Shown: piece after piece, positions 30,888 through 41,705 of the stretch
Numbering within the stretch: the first letter of the stretch is position 1
How the letters are laid out: the number at the start of each line of letters is the position of its first letter
Assembly: GCA_008933025.1 (NCBI GenBank)
Contig: WBXI01000003.1
Location: 1 to 61,161 of the forward strand
Source of the DNA: Verrucomicrobiota bacterium
GTDB taxonomy: Bacteria > Verrucomicrobiota > Verrucomicrobiia > Limisphaerales > UBA9464
Length of the DNA: 61,161 bases
Direction of reading: 5' to 3'
Program-made: the position numbers and the translations under genes
The notes under the pieces: generated by a model
Database searches by the model: none
Seen by the model: the letters and a program-made list of their open reading frames with translations, nothing else
Told to the model about the DNA's origin: nothing

Positions 30888-31246
30888 AACGTTTCTGGTG
30901 ACGGATCGACTTCTACCGCGTCGCCGTCGCCCACTCAAGTGCCGCGAGTCGGAATGGGGCGCATCTTTTCGTCCCCGGTCCACCGTCCCACCGCGGCGGC
31001 TTCGGAAGTCGCTTCCACCCACGATGCCAAGATGCGCCCATGCGAATGGTAGGAATTGCATCGGACTTTGCCTCCCTCCAACCTCCCGCCCATGTGCGGC
31101 ATTGACGGTTCCACCAGCCCTCGGCCCGCCCGAAAACCAGGGGATTCCCTCGCCGTCGGGCCCGGGCGGAGTGCCACCGACCGCCGCCCGGCACCATGAC
31201 CCGGCACCGAGTGAACCCGCCCGTCCCCAAACCGACCGATCGCCGG

Positions 31247-32359
31247 ATGAAGGTGGCCTTCGTCATCCATGACTTCGACCAAACCTTTGGCCAAGGGCGC
31301 TATGGCGTGGAGTTGGCCCGGTTCCTCGCCTCGCGGTGCGATTTCGTCGTCTATTCCAACACTTTTTCGGCCCCCGATGTTCCCGGAATCCGCTGGGTCC
31401 GCGTTCCGGCCTGGCGTTGGAACGTGGTGACCACCGTCCTGACCTTCCTCCCGTTGGCCGAGTGGATCGTGTCCCGGGACAAACCGGACGTCATCCACGC
31501 GCAGGGCCTGACCTGCTGGCGCGCGGACATCATCACCGCGCACATCTGCAATGCCGCCCGCGCCCGGTCGAGTGCCATGAACCAGCGGCGGACCCGTTGG
31601 TTCATCCGGCTCGTCACCCCGTTGGAGCGGCTCTTTTACGGGCAACGCCGCGCCCGCCACATGATCGCGATTTCCGAGACGACCGCCCGCGAGATCCAAT
31701 CCGAATACCATTGGCGGCGCCCCTTCACCGTTCTGCACCACGGCACCAACACCCGGCAGTTCAAGCCGGCGGCCAACGCGGCCGAGATCGCCGGGCTGCG
31801 CCGCGACTTCGGTCTGCCCGATGGCCGTTGGATCTGGCTGCTCGTCGGCGAGGCGGTCAAAGGCCTCCGGCAGGTCATCGAACAGCTTGCCGCGTTTCCC
31901 ACGGCCCACCTGCTGGCCATCACCCGGTCCGATTTGAGTCGCTACCAGAATTTGGCCCGTCAGTTGGGCGTGATCGATCGCATCACCTTCTGTGGTTACA
32001 CGCCCCAACCCGAACTCGCGTATCGCGCGGCCGACGCGTTCGTCTATCCCAGCGACTACGACCCGTTCGGCATGGTCGGCTCGGAGGCCATGGCATCGGG
32101 CCTGCCCGTGGTGCTGGGACACAACATCGGCGTGGCCGAACTGGTCCGCCATGGCGAGAACGGACTGCTCTGCGATCCGGGCAATCCCCGGTCGATCCAC
32201 GAACAACTTGCCCGCCTGCTCGCCGATCCTGCGAAAGCCCGGGATTTGGGAACAAAAGCCCGGGAAACCATTGTGGCCACGTCGTGGGAGCACAACGCGG
32301 ACGTGGTTTGCCAGATCTACCAATCGGTGTTCGACGAACGCACCCGCGGCACGACGTGA
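31247..32359 (+). CDS. Glycosyltransferase family 4
   Basis: DVIHAQG, AADAFVYPSDYDPFGMVGSEAMASGLPV, HGENGLL. Confidence 0.9.
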   Translation: MKVAFVIHDFDQTFGQGRYGVELARFLASRCDFVVYSNTFSAPDVPGIRWVRVPAWRWNVVTTVLTFLPLAEWIVSRDKPDVIHAQGLTCWRADIITAHICNAARARSSAMNQRRTRWFIRLVTPLERLFYGQRRARHMIAISETTAREIQSEYHWRRPFTVLHHGTNTRQFKPAANAAEIAGLRRDFGLPDGRWIWLLVGEAVKGLRQVIEQLAAFPTAHLLAITRSDLSRYQNLARQLGVIDRITFCGYTPQPELAYRAADAFVYPSDYDPFGMVGSEAMASGLPVVLGHNIGVAELVRHGENGLLCDPGNPRSIHEQLARLLADPAKARDLGTKARETIVATSWEHNADVVCQIYQSVFDERTRGTT

Positions 32360-33519
32360 AGCCTCCCACGGTCACCCTCTTGGTTCACGGCGGACCGCGC
32401 AGCATCGAGGCCATCCGTGCGGCCGGCTTGAGCCGTCGTCTTCCCGCCGCCAATGTCCGCACCCTTTTTCGCGAAGGCAGCCGCCTGGCAACGGCCCGGC
32501 GATGGCACGCGGATCTTCGCGCCCACCGACCCGACCTGCTGTACGTCCTGAACACGGCGTTGCCAGGCGCCCTGCTCGCCGCTTGGTGGAGTCGGATCCA
32601 TCGGCTTCCCTACCTTCTGGACACAGGGGACGTCATCCTCGAGATGGCACGCCGTTCGGGCATCGGCGCGGGTTGGCGCCTGCCGATACTCGCGTTCACG
32701 GAGCGCACCGCGTGGCGCAACGCCGCGGGAATCGTCGTCCGCGGCACCCGGCACCGTGAATATCTCGGGCAGCGCGGCCTGAACGCCACGTTGATTCGGG
32801 ATGGTTATGCGGAGCAGCAGGATGTCCCCCCGGATGCCGTGGCATCGCTCCGACGACGCCACGGGTTGGAGGGACGATTCGTGGTTGGGCTGATGGGTTC
32901 GCTCGTCTTCAGTCCGCGCCTTGGCATCTGTTACGGATGGGATCTGGTCCGGGCATTGCCCCGATTGGCGGACCTTCCGGTCACCGCGGTGGTGATCGGC
33001 GACGGCAACGGGCGGGAATGGCTGGAGACGGAAGCCCGCAGGCTCGGCGTGAGCGACCGACTGGTCTTCACCGGCCGGATACCGTACGCGGAGGTCCCGA
33101 CCTATCTCCGGTTGTTCGACGTGGCGCTATCCACCCAAACCAACAACCTTCCCGGCCAAGTCCGGACCACCGGAAAGGTTCCCGAGTACATGGCGGCGGG
33201 GCGGTTCGTGCTCGCGAGCCGGGTCGGGGAGGCCGAGTTGCTGTTGCCGCCCGAGATGTTGGTCGACTATGCGGGCGAGGTGGATGCGGCATATCCCGAC
33301 CGACTGGCGGCCCGCGTCCGGGAATTGGTGGCGGATCCAACGCGTCTCGCCCTTCGCGAACGATTGCCGGGCGTGGCAGCCGCACGGTGTTCCTATGACG
33401 TTCTCAGCCGGCAATGGCTCGAGTTGGTAACCGCCACGGCCGCCGCCCACCGCCACGACCGATCAGTGCCCGACCCAAGCCATGACCGCGAATTCCATGG
33501 CGATGATCACGCCGAGTGA
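32356..33519 (+). CDS. Glycosyltransferase family 4
   Basis: GTGA overlap with the upstream GT; VIGDG, FTGRIPY.EVP, KVPEYMAAGRFV. Its 3' end overlaps the convergent FHA gene by 57 nt. Confidence 0.85.
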   Translation: MKPPTVTLLVHGGPRSIEAIRAAGLSRRLPAANVRTLFREGSRLATARRWHADLRAHRPDLLYVLNTALPGALLAAWWSRIHRLPYLLDTGDVILEMARRSGIGAGWRLPILAFTERTAWRNAAGIVVRGTRHREYLGQRGLNATLIRDGYAEQQDVPPDAVASLRRRHGLEGRFVVGLMGSLVFSPRLGICYGWDLVRALPRLADLPVTAVVIGDGNGREWLETEARRLGVSDRLVFTGRIPYAEVPTYLRLFDVALSTQTNNLPGQVRTTGKVPEYMAAGRFVLASRVGEAELLLPPEMLVDYAGEVDAAYPDRLAARVRELVADPTRLALRERLPGVAAARCSYDVLSRQWLELVTATAAAHRHDRSVPDPSHDREFHGDDHAE

Positions 33520-33852
33520 CAGCCACACAAAACGCTCGCGAAGCTCCAGCGGGCGTTGAACGGGTGGAACCAACCCAAACCGAATCCTGATGCCACCGCA
33601 TCCGATGACGGTGCCATTGCGCAACAGGCACCGGTCCACGTACGCGTCGTCGATCGTGACCTTCGCTCCTTCGGCAACCCGGAGTTCAAAACGTCCGTCG
33701 TCGCCGGCGACGACATCGAAATGGTGGTCCCAAACACCCGCACCGGAAACCGACACCGTCATCCCGGAGGCACGGCCCAACCGGATGGTTCCCGGTGGTG
33801 GCCGGAACGTCTTGCCGGAATCCGGCCCACCCAAGACGGCGAACTCAACCAT
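33463..33852 (-). CDS. FHA-domain protein with a C-terminal TM anchor
   Basis: VLGGPDSGKTF...IRLGRA...GVWDHH...LRNGTVIGCG.IRIRF, then hydrophobic FVWLSLGVIIAMEFAVMAWV. Confidence 0.75.
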   Translation of the reverse strand: MVEFAVLGGPDSGKTFRPPPGTIRLGRASGMTVSVSGAGVWDHHFDVVAGDDGRFELRVAEGAKVTIDDAYVDRCLLRNGTVIGCGGIRIRFGLVPPVQRPLELRERFVWLSLGVIIAMEFAVMAWVGH

Positions 33853-34484
33853 CAGAGAATCGACCGCGTCACCTGGACTTTGTCCCCGGGGAATATGGGC
33901 TTGTCGTATTTCTCGGGGTCATCGACCGCCTTGTTGCAATTGACGATGATGGACTTGCCGTCGCGGATGATTTTCACCTTCCGCCGGTTGGAAAATTCGG
34001 TGAAGCCCCCGGCCATGTCGATGGCCTTCAGCACCGTCAGTTGGCCACTGTGCGGGTAATTTCCCGGGGAACGGACCTCGCCGCCCACGGAAATCTGACG
34101 CGGCGGCACCTCGATGGTGACGTTGATGATCCGGTAAAGTCCCTTGTCGATGTAGAAATCGCGGATTTCCTGTTCGAGGACATCGCGGCGTTTGCCCTTG
34201 AACATGAACCTGTGGCCCAGATGCAGGGTCAACTCACCGCCGTCGGGAATCTGCATCTCCAGCGGCGGCACGACGGTGGGGATGTCCGAGAAGACCACCC
34301 TCACGCGGTCACCGACATTGAGGGTGTCGCTGCTGGGAATGGATTCTGCCGACGGCTTGACTGTCTTGCGGGCATCGGGAATCGGGCTCTGGGGCTTGAC
34401 CGGTTCCACCGCGCAACCGGTGGGCCCGAAAGCCAGCAACAGACCGAACCAGACGGCGAGAAGATTGGGCAGACGGTTCATCAT
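33852..34484 (-). CDS. wza: Polysaccharide export lipoprotein (Wza/SLBB family)
   Basis: Lipobox-like GPTG-C; LNVGDRV, GGEVRSPG, LTVLKAIDMAGGFT, IFPGDKV. Confidence 0.88.
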   Translation of the reverse strand: MMNRLPNLLAVWFGLLLAFGPTGCAVEPVKPQSPIPDARKTVKPSAESIPSSDTLNVGDRVRVVFSDIPTVVPPLEMQIPDGGELTLHLGHRFMFKGKRRDVLEQEIRDFYIDKGLYRIINVTIEVPPRQISVGGEVRSPGNYPHSGQLTVLKAIDMAGGFTEFSNRRKVKIIRDGKSIIVNCNKAVDDPEKYDKPIFPGDKVQVTRSIL

Positions 34485-34522
34485 GGGAAAACAACGGTGC
34501 ATCGGGACCCTTCGACTTGGAC

Positions 34523-36724
34523 TCAGTATTTCGGCTTCACCTCGGCCGACTTGTCGTCGGCGACTGCCGCCCCCGCCTTGCCGGAACGCGACTTCTTCTT
34601 CTTCTCCCCGTCGGGTTTGCTGTCCTCGCTCTTGGAGTAGTAGTCGTAGTAGTAACCGCTGTAGTAGTAGTAGTAGCTGTCCTGGGAGATGTTGATGTTG
34701 TTCAACACCACGCCCAGAAGGCGCTCCGCGCCGCCAATCTTCTCGACCATCTGCTTCGCGCGAAGGGTCATTTGCTGCGGGTACTTGCGGTACTGGACCA
34801 CCAGAATCGCCATCTCGACCTCGCTCACCAGAATCGAGGCGTCGGAGACACCCATGATCGGCGGCGAATCGAAGAACACGAAATCGTAGCGATTCTTCAC
34901 TTCCTCGATGAATTCCTTCATCTGGACGGAATTCAGGATGCCGACGGAACTGCTCGGAAGCTTTCCGCTGGGCAGGAAGTCGAGGCCCGGTTGCGGCGTC
35001 GTCTGCACGACCTCCTCGAGCTTCGCCGTGCGGAGCAGGAAGTTGGTCAGACCCACCGTGTTCGACACGTTGAGGATCTTGTGGAGGCTGGGACGGCGGA
35101 GGTCGGAATCGACGATCAACACCCGGCTGCCCTGCTGGGCGAAAATCGTGGCAAGGTTGAAAATCGTGGTGGATTTGCCCTCGCCGGCGCCGCCGGACAC
35201 GACCGTCATCGTGCGACAACCGGGATCTTTTCTGGAGAAAAGGATGTTGGTGCGCAACACGCGGTACGCTTCCGCATGGGGACTGTCGGCCCCCTCGTTG
35301 ATCAGCGCCCCCACGTTCTGCGGAATGACACCCAGCACCGGCGCGCCGAGCGATTGCTCGACGTCGTCGATCGTCTTCACGCTGGTGTCGATGTACTCGA
35401 TGAAGAAGGCGAGACCGATGCCCAGAAGCAATCCAAAGATGGCGCCGGCAGCCACGAACAACGGCTTGTTGGGGCGCACGGGCGTGAGCCCCTGCAGCGC
35501 GCGGTCGATCACCTGGACGCTGGATTTCTTCGAGATCTGGCCGTTGATCAATTCCTGGTTGAGTTGCAGGCGCATCGATTGGCGGACCTGCATGCTGAAC
35601 TCAAGATCCCGCTTGGCCTTGGCATACGGGGCGAAGCTCTTGTTCTCCTGGGCCGTTTTCTCGATGGCGGAGTCGTAGAGTTTTTCCAACTCCCGGACGT
35701 TGCCGCGGGCAATCTCGAGTTGGGCGGAAAGCGCATCGACCATGCCCTGGACCTCTTTGTCCAACTGGTCGTTGATCTCGCTGATCAGACCGATGACCCG
35801 CTTCACCTCCGGATGCTCGGGACCAAGGTCGGGGCTCAGCTGGCGCTGCTTTTGTTTGGCGAGATTGAGGCTCGCGATCAGCGCGGTGAGTTCCTGCGTG
35901 GGACGCGCCGAAGACAGGAAGTGGCGGAGTTCGTCGCCCTTCTTGCTGTTCACCTTCTCCATCAATTGCTCGAGCGTCGCGGCTTGGGTCCGGTATTCCG
36001 TGCGGCTGAGCTCGAGCTTCGCCATCGTCTGGGTGTTCAGGCTCACCAAGCTCGGGGTCTCGGCAGCGTCGGGAACCTTGAGGAACATCCGCAGGTGGTC
36101 GACGTTGGTCTGCGCGACCCGCACCTGTTCCTCGAGGTTGGAAAGTGCATTCGACAAGGTGGTCAAGCCACGCAGCAGTCGGTCATTGCGATCAAGATCG
36201 CGGTCCTGTTCGTAAGCCTCCGCGATGCGGTTGGCGATGTCCGCCGCCAGTGCCGCATCCTGGTCGTAGGCGCTGATCTCGATGATCGACGTATTGCGGC
36301 GCTGCCGAACCTCGACGGCGCGGGAGAGAACCTCGTAGGTTTGCTGGATGTTGATTTCGGGGACCTTGGCCCGGCCCGCGTAGACCTTGGCGAGGTGCAA
36401 TCGTTCGCTGACTTTGTCGAGGATGCGTCGGGACTTGAGCACCTCGAACTCCGTGTTGAAGAAGTACGGGTCGAAACCCGTTTGGGAAGGCCCCTGGAGG
36501 AACGGCCCCACGTCCGGGGTATCCTTCTCGACCTTCATTCCCACCGTGCTCAGGTAGAGCGGCGTGAGGAAATGCGTGACCACCGCCACCGTGCCCACCA
36601 CCAGGAGGAACACGGTAAGGATGATCGCTTTCCGTAGGCGGAGGATCCGCCAGTAGTCGAGAAAGTGCAGCTTGCTATCCGAGATTCCGGATGCCGCCGA
36701 TGCCTGCGTCTTGATCGCTTCCAT
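34523..36724 (-). CDS. wzc: Polysaccharide co-polymerase / tyrosine autokinase
   Basis: FLDYWRIL Wzz-like N-terminus, two TM helices, AEAYRVLRTN, GAGEGKST, VDSDLRRP, FDSPP, Tyr cluster SYYYYYSGYYYDYY. Confidence 0.95.
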   Translation of the reverse strand: MEAIKTQASAASGISDSKLHFLDYWRILRLRKAIILTVFLLVVGTVAVVTHFLTPLYLSTVGMKVEKDTPDVGPFLQGPSQTGFDPYFFNTEFEVLKSRRILDKVSERLHLAKVYAGRAKVPEINIQQTYEVLSRAVEVRQRRNTSIIEISAYDQDAALAADIANRIAEAYEQDRDLDRNDRLLRGLTTLSNALSNLEEQVRVAQTNVDHLRMFLKVPDAAETPSLVSLNTQTMAKLELSRTEYRTQAATLEQLMEKVNSKKGDELRHFLSSARPTQELTALIASLNLAKQKQRQLSPDLGPEHPEVKRVIGLISEINDQLDKEVQGMVDALSAQLEIARGNVRELEKLYDSAIEKTAQENKSFAPYAKAKRDLEFSMQVRQSMRLQLNQELINGQISKKSSVQVIDRALQGLTPVRPNKPLFVAAGAIFGLLLGIGLAFFIEYIDTSVKTIDDVEQSLGAPVLGVIPQNVGALINEGADSPHAEAYRVLRTNILFSRKDPGCRTMTVVSGGAGEGKSTTIFNLATIFAQQGSRVLIVDSDLRRPSLHKILNVSNTVGLTNFLLRTAKLEEVVQTTPQPGLDFLPSGKLPSSSVGILNSVQMKEFIEEVKNRYDFVFFDSPPIMGVSDASILVSEVEMAILVVQYRKYPQQMTLRAKQMVEKIGGAERLLGVVLNNINISQDSYYYYYSGYYYDYYSKSEDSKPDGEKKKKSRSGKAGAAVADDKSAEVKPKY

Positions 36725-36731
36725 TCGATAC

Positions 36732-36765
36732 AAAAAAGGGAGGCTGAAACAGATTCCAGCCTCCC
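36732..36765 (-). terminator. Intrinsic terminator-like hairpin between the barrel gene and wzc
   Basis: Minus strand GGGAGGCTG-10 nt-CAGCCTCCC followed by TTTTTT, ending 7 nt before the wzc ATG. Confidence 0.7.
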
Positions 36766-36799
36766 GTAATTACTGAAACCCCGCCCGGTCTGGCCTCGC

Positions 36800-38056
36800 T
36801 CAGTACGTGGCGCGGATACCCACAAACACCCGGTTCCGCGAATAGTCGCGGAAGTTCACGTCGGACGCCAGTTGATCGTAATAATAAGCAGCCTCGGCGG
36901 ACAGGTAGTTGTTGATCCGGTAATTGAGGGTCAAACCCAGCGAGATGTAGTCCTCTTTCTGGCCGTTGAGCAGGACCGCCTTCGAGGCACCAATGAACTC
37001 CGAGTTCTGGTACTGGGCAACCACGCTGCCACGCAGCTTGCCGGTGATCTGGTGGTTGATCGATCCGTAGGCCAAGCTGGATTGTTGGTCGAGAACGGCA
37101 CTGGCCGCCTCGAGATCGGTCGCGTTCCGCGCATGACGGAAGCCAATCTGGACATTGCTGCCGGTCGCGTACGAGTAGGTCACGTTCGCATCGATGAACG
37201 GATTCACCGCGTCGGCACGTGCACCAGCCGGCGCATGGTACCAATCAACGAACTGGGCGCCCGCACGCAGCGATCCGACCAACTGCGAGGTGAAGGAATG
37301 GTCGACGCCCGCAAAGACGTAGTGCGACCGGTTGTCGCGGAAGTCGGACTTGGTGTTGCGGTAGTTGACGTCGCCGTACTGGTAGTTGCCCGAGAGCACC
37401 GTCTTCGGCGCCAACTGGTAGCGCAGACCGAGCGACGGCAGGTTCTCCATGCGGTCCAGCGCTTCCGCAAAACCCTTGTTCTTGTAGTTGTAGTAGTTGT
37501 TGCGATACCCAACCACCGCACTCCAAAGGGGAACGATCTGGACGGTCAGGTCCGCCCCGGCCGAGTTGCGGATGTTGCTGCCTTCCGCGCGCACCACCTG
37601 GGGAAGGGTCCCCGAACCCGAGAACGCAACCATCTGGTCCGGCTCCTGCGCCGCCGCGAACTGATCGGAAACCGACAGTTTGTAGCGCGGGTTGAAGGCG
37701 TGGCTGAACGCCACGTCGGCAAGATGGAACTGATCGTCTTTGCTGCCCGGGCGGCTCTCGTAGTAACGCAAGCCGTAGGTGTAACCCGCCGTCAACGTCG
37801 AACCCTCGAGCGGGACATTGAAGCGGACGCTCGGGGTGATCTCGAAACCGAAGCTGTCGAACTTCCGGCGGTCGGGCTTCTTGTCGCCATCGACGTCGAC
37901 CTTGTTGTTCGCCGTGAAAATATTGTCGTCGTAGAAACCACGCACGCCAGCGCTCAGCGTGTAAGGCTTCGAACCGTCGCCGGCAAACGCCGACAGGGTG
38001 GAGAGGATCGCGGCTCCCGCCGTCGCCATGCTGGCTGCTTTGAAGGGCTTCTTCAT
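36800..38056 (-). CDS. Outer-membrane beta-barrel protein of the EPS export locus
   Basis: Signal peptide; RGFYDDNIF; many Tyr-rich amphipathic strands; ends DYSRNRVFVGIRATY; first gene before wzc-wza. Confidence 0.88.
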   Translation of the reverse strand: MKKPFKAASMATAGAAILSTLSAFAGDGSKPYTLSAGVRGFYDDNIFTANNKVDVDGDKKPDRRKFDSFGFEITPSVRFNVPLEGSTLTAGYTYGLRYYESRPGSKDDQFHLADVAFSHAFNPRYKLSVSDQFAAAQEPDQMVAFSGSGTLPQVVRAEGSNIRNSAGADLTVQIVPLWSAVVGYRNNYYNYKNKGFAEALDRMENLPSLGLRYQLAPKTVLSGNYQYGDVNYRNTKSDFRDNRSHYVFAGVDHSFTSQLVGSLRAGAQFVDWYHAPAGARADAVNPFIDANVTYSYATGSNVQIGFRHARNATDLEAASAVLDQQSSLAYGSINHQITGKLRGSVVAQYQNSEFIGASKAVLLNGQKEDYISLGLTLNYRINNYLSAEAAYYYDQLASDVNFRDYSRNRVFVGIRATY

Positions 38057-38115
38057 ACGAAAAGCTTTTGTTCTCATCCTGCCAACCTAGGCAGTCCGAG
38101 AGGATTAGCTGTGGC

Positions 38116-38144
38116 GTTTTAGGGAGGGGCGCTGCGAGTGTCAA
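38116..38144 (-). promoter_or_regulatory. Near-consensus sigma70 promoter of the EPS export operon
   Basis: Minus strand TTGACA-17 nt-TAAAAC; the -35 box overlaps the stop codon of the upstream ABC gene. Confidence 0.65.
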
Positions 38145-39991
38145 ACACAAATACTTCCACCCCGTGGTCTTCCGCGGTTTTCGGCACCAACCCCACTCTC
38201 CGGAACGACTTCCAAGTCTTCCCCGGCTTCCTGTGCCCGGACCAATCGCCCGTACAGCCCGCCGGCCCCCACCAACTCGCCGTGCCGCCCGGACTCCTCG
38301 ATCCGTCCCGCGCGCAGGACCAGGATCCGGTCCGCCCGACGCACCGTGCTCAAACGATGGGCGATGACGAAGCTCGTCCGACTGGAGAACAGCCGCTCCA
38401 ATGCCTCCTGGATCAGTCGTTCCGTCGCCGTGTCGACGCTCGCCGTCGCCTCGTCGAGGATCAAAATGGGCGCATCCTTCAGCAAAGCCCGGGCGATGCT
38501 GATCCGCTGGCGTTCGCCGACACTCAGGCGGACACCCCTTTCGCCCACCCGGGTATCGTAGCCTTGGGCGAGTTTACGGATGAATTCGTCGCAGTTGGCG
38601 GCCTTTGCGGCGGCCTCCATTGCCGCCTCGTCGGCATCGATGCGTCCGTACATGAGGTTTTCCCGAACGGTTCCGTTGAACAGAAAGGGTTCCTGGCTTA
38701 CCACCGCGATCTGGCGCCGCAACTCCCCCAGCGCCATCCGCGCCGTGTCCCGCCCGTCCACGAGAATGCGCCCGCCCGTCACTTCGTGGAACCGCGGCAA
38801 CAGATTCACCAGCGTCGATTTTCCCGCACCCGTCGGTCCCACCAGAGCGATCATCTGGCCGGGCTCCGCCGCCAGGGAAATGTCGTGCAACACCTCTTTC
38901 CCCTCGTAACCGGCCGCCACCGACTCGAACCGCACTTCGCCACGCGCACGCCAGACCCAGGGGCCGCCGTCGACTTCCTCGGCCGACGCATCGAGAATGT
39001 CGAACACCCGCTCGCCGGCGGCCCGCGCCGACTGCGCGATCTGGTTCAGCCCGCGCAATTGCGAGACCGGTTGGTAGAACATCCCGAGAAACAGGAGGAA
39101 TCCCACCAATTGCCCCTGCGTCATCCGGCCCGCCAGCACCTCGCGCGCGCCCAGCCACAAAACCGCCACGCTCCCCGCCGCCCCGACGAAGGTCATCGAG
39201 GGATTGTACCATGCCCAGGCGCGCATCACCCGGAGCGTGCCGTCGCGCAGCGCCTCCGCGCGTTGCCGGAACCGGGCGTCCTCGTGCGCCTCGCGGCCGA
39301 AGCTCTTCACCTGGCGGACGCCCTGCAGGTTGTCGGTCAGCAACGCGTTCATCGCGCTGTTGGCCACCGACCGTGCCCGATACCGCTCCGCCGCGGTCCG
39401 CGTGTACCACCATGCCCCGGCCACCAGCACCGGCAACGGGACCAACGCCACCCATGCCAGCATGGGGTTGGCGAGGAACATGAACACCATCACCCCGACG
39501 ATGCCGACCAGCGACACCACGCCCTGTTCGGTGCCGTCGATCACCAACCGTTCCATCACGTTCACGTCCTCGATCACCCGCGTCATCAGGTCGCCCGTCG
39601 CGCGTTGGTCGAACCAACCGGCCGGCAAGCGTTGCATCCGCGCGTACACGTCGCGGCGCATGTCGAGGATCACGGCCTGCTCGAACGCGTTGTTCAGCAG
39701 GATGCGCAGGCTCGATAGGCCGTCCCGCACCAGATAGGCCCCCAGCAGGCCCGCCACCGCCCATGCCAACCGGTCCCCGCGCCCCCCCAGCAACACGTCG
39801 TCGATGACGTACTGGGTCAACTTCGGGTACGCCAACCCCGCCAACTGCGACACCAAAGCACACAGGATGGTACCCGCCGCCATCCACGGATACGGGCGCA
39901 GGTAGCGCGCCACGCGGCCAGCCACTTCCAGCGTCGTGCGGCGTCGGACCTTGAACGACGGATCCGTGAATGCGTGTGAATGATGGCCCAT
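38141..39991 (-). CDS. ABC exporter, fused permease and ATPase (MsbA/MdlB-like)
   Basis: TM domain with TGDLMTRV; [34 protein letters not shown]. Confidence 0.95.
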   Translation of the reverse strand: MGHHSHAFTDPSFKVRRRTTLEVAGRVARYLRPYPWMAAGTILCALVSQLAGLAYPKLTQYVIDDVLLGGRGDRLAWAVAGLLGAYLVRDGLSSLRILLNNAFEQAVILDMRRDVYARMQRLPAGWFDQRATGDLMTRVIEDVNVMERLVIDGTEQGVVSLVGIVGVMVFMFLANPMLAWVALVPLPVLVAGAWWYTRTAAERYRARSVANSAMNALLTDNLQGVRQVKSFGREAHEDARFRQRAEALRDGTLRVMRAWAWYNPSMTFVGAAGSVAVLWLGAREVLAGRMTQGQLVGFLLFLGMFYQPVSQLRGLNQIAQSARAAGERVFDILDASAEEVDGGPWVWRARGEVRFESVAAGYEGKEVLHDISLAAEPGQMIALVGPTGAGKSTLVNLLPRFHEVTGGRILVDGRDTARMALGELRRQIAVVSQEPFLFNGTVRENLMYGRIDADEAAMEAAAKAANCDEFIRKLAQGYDTRVGERGVRLSVGERQRISIARALLKDAPILILDEATASVDTATERLIQEALERLFSSRTSFVIAHRLSTVRRADRILVLRAGRIEESGRHGELVGAGGLYGRLVRAQEAGEDLEVVPESGVGAENRGRPRGGSICV

Positions 39992-40158
39992 CGGGATCGG
40001 CGCGGGGAACCGCGCTTGCCTTCAACCTGCCCGTCCTCCGCCCACCTGCCAAACACCAACGCCGCGCCACGCCGTCGCGGCGAATCGTGCGTTGACCCCG
40101 ACCATGCCCCGCGTACGGTTCCCCAATCCACCGACAATAACGTCAACACGGCATTCCT

Positions 40159-41568
40159 ATGTCTTTGCACGATACTTCCCCGGGCAACGGTTGGCCCACC
40201 AGCCGCCGCCAGTTCCTCAAGCGCTCCACCGCCGCGGCTTCGGTCATCGCCGCCGCCAACAGCCTCATCGTTCCCGTCTACGGCCAGAACAAGGCCCCCT
40301 CGGTGAACGTGGTCGGCGCCAACGAACGGCTCGTCGTCGGCTTCGTGGGGGTCGGCAACCAAGGGGGGGGCGCCCATGTCGGCCAGAACCTCGAGCACTT
40401 CCAGGAAAACAACGTCTCCCTCGCCGCCGTCTGCGACGTCTCCAAGCACCGCGTGGCCGACCACGTGAAACGCATCACCGACAAGGGTGCCGGCAAGCCC
40501 CAGGGGTACGAGGACTACCAGAGGGTGATGGAACGAAAGGACATCGACGTCATCTTCTGCGCCACGGTCGATCACTGGCACACGGCCGTCTCCAAGGCCG
40601 CGCTCGAGTCGGGCAAGCACGTCTATGTCGAGAAGCCGATGACGCGCTATCTGGCGGAGGCGTTCGAGCTGTACGACACCGTCAAGCGCACCGGCAAGAT
40701 CCTCAACGTCGGCTCCCAGGGTTGCTCGGACCTCAAGTGGCACAAGGCCGCCGAGTGGATCCGCGCCGGCAAGATCGGCCCGATCACCATGCTGCAGGGC
40801 AGCTACATGCGGAACAGCCCCTGGGGCGAATGGAACTACACCATCCAGCCTTGGGCGACGGCCGAGGACATCAACTGGGAACAGTGGCTCGGCCAACAGA
40901 TCAAGGCGCGGCGGCCTTTCGATGCCGACCACTATTTCCGCTGGCGCAAGTATGCCCCGTATTGCTCGGGACTTCTCGGCGACCTGTTCCCGCACAAGCT
41001 GCACCCGTACATGCTCGCCACCGGCAATCCCGAATTCCCGGTCCGGGTCGCCGCCGTCGGCAGCAAGGCGTTCAAGACCGATCTCCGGAAAGAGGGCCGC
41101 AAACCCGAACAGGAAACCAAGTACGTCCGCGACGTCGCGGAGATCATCCAGCTCATCGCCGAGTTCCCCAGCGGCTACGTGATGCACATCACGTCGTCCA
41201 CCGTGAACGAACAAGGCACGCAGGAACGCATCCGCGGCCACATGGGCACGCTCGACATGAGCGGCAACAAGGTGCAACTGAACCCCGAACGCCCCTTCGC
41301 CGAGGAAATCGACCCGCAAACGTCGGAGGGTTTCCCCGGGGAAAGCGTCGCCGCCCACCACAAGAACTTCTACGAGTCGATCCGCGCCAACAAGCAGCCC
41401 AACTGCGGCATCGATCTCGCCGTGAAGGTCCAGACGGTCATCTCGCTCGCCGAAACCTCCGACCGCCTCGGCGTCATGTGCTACTTCGACGAGAAGACCC
41501 GAAAGGTCCACGACGGACTCGGCCGCGATATCGAGCCGCTGCACTACGGCTGGGACAAGAACTCCTGA
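40159..41568 (+). CDS. Tat-exported Gfo/Idh/MocA family oxidoreductase
   Basis: SRRQFLK Tat motif; [32 protein letters not shown]. Confidence 0.93.
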   Translation: MSLHDTSPGNGWPTSRRQFLKRSTAAASVIAAANSLIVPVYGQNKAPSVNVVGANERLVVGFVGVGNQGGGAHVGQNLEHFQENNVSLAAVCDVSKHRVADHVKRITDKGAGKPQGYEDYQRVMERKDIDVIFCATVDHWHTAVSKAALESGKHVYVEKPMTRYLAEAFELYDTVKRTGKILNVGSQGCSDLKWHKAAEWIRAGKIGPITMLQGSYMRNSPWGEWNYTIQPWATAEDINWEQWLGQQIKARRPFDADHYFRWRKYAPYCSGLLGDLFPHKLHPYMLATGNPEFPVRVAAVGSKAFKTDLRKEGRKPEQETKYVRDVAEIIQLIAEFPSGYVMHITSSTVNEQGTQERIRGHMGTLDMSGNKVQLNPERPFAEEIDPQTSEGFPGESVAAHHKNFYESIRANKQPNCGIDLAVKVQTVISLAETSDRLGVMCYFDEKTRKVHDGLGRDIEPLHYGWDKNS

Positions 41569-41590
41569 CCGGAACCCGTTCCCTTCCACG

Positions 41591-41625
41591 GCCGGTTCCG
41601 CCCGTCGGGACCGGCTTTTTCTTTT
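41591..41625 (+). terminator. Rho-independent terminator
   Basis: GCCGGTTCC...GGGACCGGC followed by TTTTTCTTTT. Confidence 0.8.
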
Positions 41626-41705
41626 CCCGCGGGCCGCCCGGCCAACCATCCCGCCGAAACCGGCATGGATTTCCCTTCCGCGCCCCCCTAAAGTCTTCCC
41701 CGGTT

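Noticed and set aside
34630-34680. (GTA)n microsatellite-like run
   Set aside because: It is the normal Wzc C-terminal tyrosine cluster.
27000-38200. Somewhat lower GC across the glgC/EPS region as a horizontally acquired island
   Set aside because: The shift looks mild, the region includes core-type genes (glgC), and no mobility genes or boundary repeats were seen.
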